In this document: positions 59,136-64,000 of the stretch, piece by piece | How positions within the stretch are numbered: the stretch's first letter is position 1 | How the letters are laid out: each line of letters begins with the position of its first letter | Assembly (NCBI GenBank): GCA_963675295.2 | Contig: CAXXKJ010000002.1 | Coordinates: 1,248,001 to 1,312,000, forward strand | Source of the DNA: a bacterium | GTDB lineage: Bacteria > Electryoneota > Electryoneia > Electryoneales > Electryoneaceae | Length of the DNA: 64,000 nt | Reading direction: 5' to 3' | The notes under the pieces: model-generated | Databases searched by the model: none | What the model saw: only the letters and a program-made list of their open reading frames with translations | What the model was told of the DNA's origin: nothing | Translations under genes and position numbers: made by a program

Positions 59136-59831
59136 GTGGCGCGCACGGTGTTCAGCATTCGTTGGACCGCATTCCTTTTCATTCTGGCCATGCTGTGGGT
59201 TGTGCCGCAGGCGAATGCCGGTACAATCACCGGTGAGGTACGTGTGCTGGTCGAATCACAATCCAGCCACGCTCCGCGCAGCCCCTTCGCTCGCCGCCGT
59301 CCGGTGGAGGAATCGTCGCAAACCCCAATGCCCAGCGAGGAGATGCAGAAGGTGATTGTATTCCTCGCGGATGACCCATCGTTGAAACCCGCGCAACCGT
59401 TACCGGAAAAGCCGATTGTCAACCAGAAGGATCTCGAGATACAACCGGGTTTTCTGCTGGTGCCGGTTGGGACCACCGTGCGCTTCCCGAACAGTGACGA
59501 CGTCTACCACAACCTGTTCAGCGTCTCGTCGGCGAAACGGTTCGACCTCGGCCGCTACGGCCAGGGCAAGGAAAAAGAGGTCATCTTCGACAAACCCGGC
59601 GAGGTGCGCATCTTCTGCGACATTCACCCGCACATGAACGCGATCATCTTCGTCGTCCCCAACGAGTACTACACCGTGCTCGGCGAGGACGGCAGCTTCA
59701 GCCTCGAGAATGTTCCGGCGGGTGAGTACGAGCTTCATGTGTGGCACGAGTCGCTCGGGGAACAGACGAAACGGGTAAATGTGCCCGACTCCGGCGTGTC
59801 CACGGTCGATTTTGTCTTCGCCCGCAACTGA
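59136..59831 (+). CDS. Secreted cupredoxin-like + carboxypeptidase-regulatory-like domain protein
   Basis: FPNSDDVYHNLFS, FCDIHPHM copper-ligand pattern, VPAGEYELHVWH. Confidence 0.82.
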   Translation: MARTVFSIRWTAFLFILAMLWVVPQANAGTITGEVRVLVESQSSHAPRSPFARRRPVEESSQTPMPSEEMQKVIVFLADDPSLKPAQPLPEKPIVNQKDLEIQPGFLLVPVGTTVRFPNSDDVYHNLFSVSSAKRFDLGRYGQGKEKEVIFDKPGEVRIFCDIHPHMNAIIFVVPNEYYTVLGEDGSFSLENVPAGEYELHVWHESLGEQTKRVNVPDSGVSTVDFVFARN

Positions 59832-59844
59832 GAGAGGCTGACCC

Positions 59845-61635
59845 GTGTCCTTCCGCAGCCGTCTCTTTTTCTCCTTTGTCGTGCTCGCCGCCGTGCTGGT
59901 TGGCGGATCGGTGCTGATGGTCAACTACCAGTTCGGCGATCTCGTGCAACGGGATGTGCTCAACGAACTGGCGCATTCCCCGGAACGCTTCGACGCCTTC
60001 CTCGCGTCCCAGATGGACATCCTGATCACGCAGGCGGTGAACATTTCGACGTCGCCGACGTTGCGTGGCACGATGTCGACAATGGACCGTCCCACCATCA
60101 TGCAGGCGGCGGAGGAGACAAATGTCCTCTACGGCTATGACCTGTTCTGGGTGCTGGACACTCGCGGCACGGTCGTCCATCGCGTTGATGAGCCGCACCA
60201 CTGGGGTGACAGCATCGATCATCTGCCGCTGATTCAGGATGTGGCGAACGGGTACGACAGCGGCGACATCTGGCTCAAGGACGGGATGCTGTACCAGGTC
60301 GCCGCGACACAAGTCCGTTCCGGCGACCAGTGGCTCGGCAGCATTGTCATCGGGGTTCGCTTCGACACTGGCATCAACGCCGAGTTCGCCGAACTGACCC
60401 ACCTCGACGTCGCCTTCGCCACCGTGGACACCATCGGCATCGCCTCACTCAGTGACATTTCCGGCTTCCCCTTACGCACGATTTACTACGAAAAACGAGA
60501 CGAACTTGCACGGGACAAGCGATCCGTGCCCAGTGTGCCGTGGCAGATGACCGGCCCGGACTCACGCATGCCGAACGCACCGACCTTCGAGTTCCGTAAC
60601 GCCGGGATTCACTATGCCGGAGCGCTATTCCGGCTAAATGACGTCAAGCATGACCAGTTGGCGTATGCGATGGTGTTCCAGCCGTTGACCAATGTCCGCG
60701 AACTGCAGCAGCGCATTCGCAACGGCCTGGTCGCCGTTGGTGTCGGCGCGATGTTCTTGTCGCTGCTGGTCGCCTACCTGCTCTCGCGTGGGCTGGCGCG
60801 TCCGATCAACCGGCTGGTGTCGGCGTCGCAACGCCTGGGCCGCGGCGATCTTGAAACGCCGGTGCCGGTGTCGAGCAATGACGAGATCGGTGTTCTCGCC
60901 CGTGCGTTGGAAGAAATGCGCGTGTCGCTGCGGGATGCCCGAGCGGAAGCGTTACGCAACGAACGGTTGACCACGATCGGACGGATGGCGTCTACGATCA
61001 CCCATGATTTCCGGCAGCCGATCACCTCGATTTACGGTTACATCCAGCTGATCACGTTGCCCAGCGCCGACCGTGAGATGCAGCAGGAATTCGCGCAGCA
61101 GATTATCAAGCAGATCGACCGCATGCAGGGCATGATCAACGAGCTGCTCGACTATTCACGCGGTGAGTATGTGCTGAATAAGCAGGAGGTTCAGCTCTCC
61201 ACCTTCCTCGAACGGGTGCGGCAGAACTTTGACCTCTCGGCCAGTAAACAGCACATTGAGCTGGTGCTCAAGCAGGACTGGGACGGAACGGTTCAAATCG
61301 ACAGCGGCCGGTTCGAACGGGTACTCGACAACCTCATTCGTAACGCGATGCAGGCGATCAAGAACGATGGATTGATCAAGCTCAGCGTGGCTCGTGACGG
61401 CGACACCATCGCCATCGAAGTGCAGGACACCGGGCCGGGCATCCCGGAAGAAATCCGCGAAAACCTGTTCGACGCATTCGTCACGCACGGCAAAGCCGGC
61501 GGCACCGGCCTCGGGCTGGCGGTGACAAAGAAGGTCGTCGAGGAACATGGCGGCACGATTTCCGTCGCCAGCGAAGTCGGTTCCGGCACTACCTTTACCA
61601 TACGCATTCCGGTAACCCCCACCACGGAGGCCTGA
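59845..61635 (+). CDS. HAMP-domain sensor histidine kinase
   Basis: Two TM segments, HAMP DEIG, HDFRQP H-box, NLIRNA, DTGPGI, GTGLGL. Confidence 0.93.
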   Translation: MSFRSRLFFSFVVLAAVLVGGSVLMVNYQFGDLVQRDVLNELAHSPERFDAFLASQMDILITQAVNISTSPTLRGTMSTMDRPTIMQAAEETNVLYGYDLFWVLDTRGTVVHRVDEPHHWGDSIDHLPLIQDVANGYDSGDIWLKDGMLYQVAATQVRSGDQWLGSIVIGVRFDTGINAEFAELTHLDVAFATVDTIGIASLSDISGFPLRTIYYEKRDELARDKRSVPSVPWQMTGPDSRMPNAPTFEFRNAGIHYAGALFRLNDVKHDQLAYAMVFQPLTNVRELQQRIRNGLVAVGVGAMFLSLLVAYLLSRGLARPINRLVSASQRLGRGDLETPVPVSSNDEIGVLARALEEMRVSLRDARAEALRNERLTTIGRMASTITHDFRQPITSIYGYIQLITLPSADREMQQEFAQQIIKQIDRMQGMINELLDYSRGEYVLNKQEVQLSTFLERVRQNFDLSASKQHIELVLKQDWDGTVQIDSGRFERVLDNLIRNAMQAIKNDGLIKLSVARDGDTIAIEVQDTGPGIPEEIRENLFDAFVTHGKAGGTGLGLAVTKKVVEEHGGTISVASEVGSGTTFTIRIPVTPTTEA

Positions 61636-61636
61636 T

Positions 61637-62872
61637 ATGACCGCCCGTTGGATCTGGATTCCGATGATTGTGCTGGCGATGGCCGGCAGTGTGTTCGCAA
61701 AGTCGTACACCCTCGGCAGCACCGGCTTCGAGATGAGCGGCGACATCTCCATCGTCTTCCGCGAACTGGACAAGGACACTGAGCTGAACACGAACAGCCG
61801 TGGCGACGATCCGTACAACAACGTCCGCGCACGCCTGTTCTTCCAGAAGGCGTGGACCGAGACCATCGACTTCTACCTCGAGCTGCTCTGGGATGTTGGC
61901 GCTCCGGCACGTATCCAGGGAGCGTATCTCACCTTTTACGACCTCTGGACCGAATCGCTGGCGCTGAAGGTGGGGATGATCCCGTCACCGTTCGGCAATT
62001 ACGGCCATCGTTCAACGTACTTCAACCAGAACGCGCTGATCGGTGTCCCGGCGATGTGGCTGACCGAAACGCCGCTCGCCACGAACGGTTCGACGCACAA
62101 CGAAGACCTGTTCCCGTATGGTCCCGCCGGACTGGGCGGAGTCTACGCCGGGGGGTATGACGCCTGCTGGGATTATGGCATGAACCTGATGTTCCAGCGC
62201 GGGATTGTCGAGGCGCAGCTGGCGTGGACACTGGCGGTGCTGTCGAGCCCGTACGCGGCCTCCAACGACGGCTACCAGGGCATCCTCAACCTTGGCCTGA
62301 ACCCGATCACCGGCCTGCGGTTCGGCGGCAGTGTCGCCTACGGCCCGTGGCTGACCGGCAGCGCCGAGATCCATGAATACGACCCGGTGGGCAGTTACGG
62401 GGCATCCTCCCTCGCGGGTGTGTCGCTGTCTCGTTCAACGTCCGCCACCTACGGCGACGCTGTCGATCCCGAGGAGTTCATGCAGACAGCGTTTGGCGGG
62501 TATGCGGAATACTCGTTCGGCCTGTTCCAGTTCTTCGGCGAGTTCATGACGATGACGTGGGAAACGCCCTACATCTACGAGGAAGAGCTGACAGCGAACT
62601 CGGCGTACCTCGAAGGGATCTGGAAGTTTGTCCCGGGCTGGGAATTTGCGTCCCGCTTTGACCGCACGTGGTACAGCGAAATCGCGCCGGTGAACGACGG
62701 AACGGGCGAAGAACTTCCGTGGGCGCCGGACTTCAGCCGCATCGAGGCGGCGGTCGGGTATCGCATCATCCGCGAAGGCTTTATCCGTCTCGATTACCAG
62801 CACACGATGTTCGACTCCGACCAAATGGACGACGTCGACCTGCTCGCGCTGCAGTTCCTGTTTGCGTTTTAG
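61637..62872 (+). CDS. Putative outer-membrane beta-barrel / porin
   Basis: Signal peptide, LKVGMIPSPFG, amphipathic strands, terminal Phe. Confidence 0.7.
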   Translation: MTARWIWIPMIVLAMAGSVFAKSYTLGSTGFEMSGDISIVFRELDKDTELNTNSRGDDPYNNVRARLFFQKAWTETIDFYLELLWDVGAPARIQGAYLTFYDLWTESLALKVGMIPSPFGNYGHRSTYFNQNALIGVPAMWLTETPLATNGSTHNEDLFPYGPAGLGGVYAGGYDACWDYGMNLMFQRGIVEAQLAWTLAVLSSPYAASNDGYQGILNLGLNPITGLRFGGSVAYGPWLTGSAEIHEYDPVGSYGASSLAGVSLSRSTSATYGDAVDPEEFMQTAFGGYAEYSFGLFQFFGEFMTMTWETPYIYEEELTANSAYLEGIWKFVPGWEFASRFDRTWYSEIAPVNDGTGEELPWAPDFSRIEAAVGYRIIREGFIRLDYQHTMFDSDQMDDVDLLALQFLFAF

Positions 62873-62877
62873 GGAAG

Positions 62878-63146
62878 GACTGCGGGCTGCGGTTTCCGAG
62901 CTGCGGGTGGTGGACGGCTGTGAACATGAAGTGCCCGTGTTCGCTTGCGAACGCGGCTACACGGCACTTGGGTAGCGCGAGGGTGTCATCCTGAACGCAG
63001 TGAAGGATCTCCTAGTTATCAGCTGTGATACAAGATAGAACCGGGGACACTTTCAGGAGAAGGTGTCCCCGGTTCATCTCTGTTTCATGCCTTCTTACCA
63101 CGGACTTAAGTCCGTGGTAAGAACGTAGTATGCTCACAGCTCACAG
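62878..63146. repeat. Mosaic intergenic repeat element (same modules as 43575-43950)
   Basis: Heptamers, REP variant at 62931, GCAGTGAAGGATCTC, GGGGACAC hairpin, palindrome 63092-63123. Confidence 0.8.
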
Positions 63147-63147
63147 C

Positions 63148-64000
63148 CTACCGTTCCCGACTCCTTAGCACCGCCAGTGGCAGCACCATCTCTTCCAGCG
63201 AAATCCCGCCGTGGACAAAGTTGTCCCGGAATTTTTCCGCATACTTGTTGAAGTCGGTCGGGTAGACGAAGTAGTTGTCGCTTTTCGCGAGGATCAGGTC
63301 GTCGTTGAGGCCGGTCGGTCCGATGCCCCAGGTGTCCGGCTGACGCACTCGCACGGCCGCCTTCGGGTCCACCTTCAGGTTGCGGCCGATCTTGTAGCGC
63401 AGGCTCGGGGACGCTTCCCGGTCACCCATCACCTTGACCGCGTTCCTTGCACGTTTCGAGCCGTGGTCGCTGGTCAGCACGATCGTCACGCCACGCTGGC
63501 CGAAGGTCCGCATCAGCTCGAGTAACGGGCTGTGTTCGAACCACGATTTGACGACGGAACGGTACGCGGCTTCGTCCGGGATCAGGGTCTGGATCACTTC
63601 CTCGGTGCTGCGGTGGTGCGCGACGATGTCGACGAAATTGAAGACCATGCTCACCAGCGGCAGGTCGAAATAATCGCTCGCCTTGCGCAGGATGCGTTGC
63701 GCTTCGTCCTGGTCGAGGATCTTGGCGTACTTCGGTTCCGGGTTCGGGAAAATGTGCATCTTCTGGAGTTGGCGGTCGAGCAGCTGGCGCTCGAAGCGGT
63801 TGACGTTTGTGTCGCCGTCCCACTCGAGCTTGTTGTAGAGGTCGCCGTGCACACGCGGATAATCATTCGGCAGCAGGCCGGAGAAGATGCTGTTGCGTGC
63901 GAACGGTGTCGCGGTCGGCAGCAGCGAGAAGTACGGCTCGGTCTCGATGTCGAAGTGTTCACGCATCATCGGTTCGACCGCCATCCAGTGGTCGTAGCGC
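63148..64000 (-). CDS. PorX-like PglZ-domain protein; 5'-truncated by window edge
   Basis: RYDHW, SLLPTATPFARNSIFSG, FNFVD, TSDHG, LRYKIG, HGGISLEEM. Confidence 0.85.
   Translation of the reverse strand, partial: RYDHWMAVEPMMREHFDIETEPYFSLLPTATPFARNSIFSGLLPNDYPRVHGDLYNKLEWDGDTNVNRFERQLLDRQLQKMHIFPNPEPKYAKILDQDEAQRILRKASDYFDLPLVSMVFNFVDIVAHHRSTEEVIQTLIPDEAAYRSVVKSWFEHSPLLELMRTFGQRGVTIVLTSDHGSKRARNAVKVMGDREASPSLRYKIGRNLKVDPKAAVRVRQPDTWGIGPTGLNDDLILAKSDNYFVYPTDFNKYAEKFRDNFVHGGISLEEMVLPLAVLRSRER

Noticed and set aside
63148-64000. PglZ domain as BREX defence
   Set aside because: Motifs are PorX-type and no brx genes are adjacent within the window

Overview
A GC-rich chromosomal window, probably from a non-Bacteroidota FCB-group bacterium (inferred from many YPNPFN-type C-terminal sorting domains and a PorX-like PglZ protein). 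Housekeeping genes include pepF, lepB, a MoxR ATPase, dut, a class I/II aminotransferase, an MmgE/PrpD protein, surE, guaA, uppP and an ABC/AttH-like operon. They are interleaved with an accessory block (about 15-42 kb) of secreted and surface proteins. Main observations: (1) a hidden selenoprotein at 14726-15517 with signal peptide, redoxin UxxC read through an in-frame UGA followed by a SECIS-like hairpin, and a sorting domain; (2) a candidate sigma54-dependent sRNA with C-rich loops at 5490-5685(-); (3) a RAYT transposase with several covarying GTGC-footed REP hairpin families, some apparently translated inside signal peptides; (4) unrelated secreted passengers sharing a common adaptor domain and locally near-identical C-terminal tails; (5) a repeat protein (7x DDREKPPKR) behind a sigma28-like promoter. 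No CRISPR array, rRNA or tRNA was recognised. All calls are by eye, without database searches.
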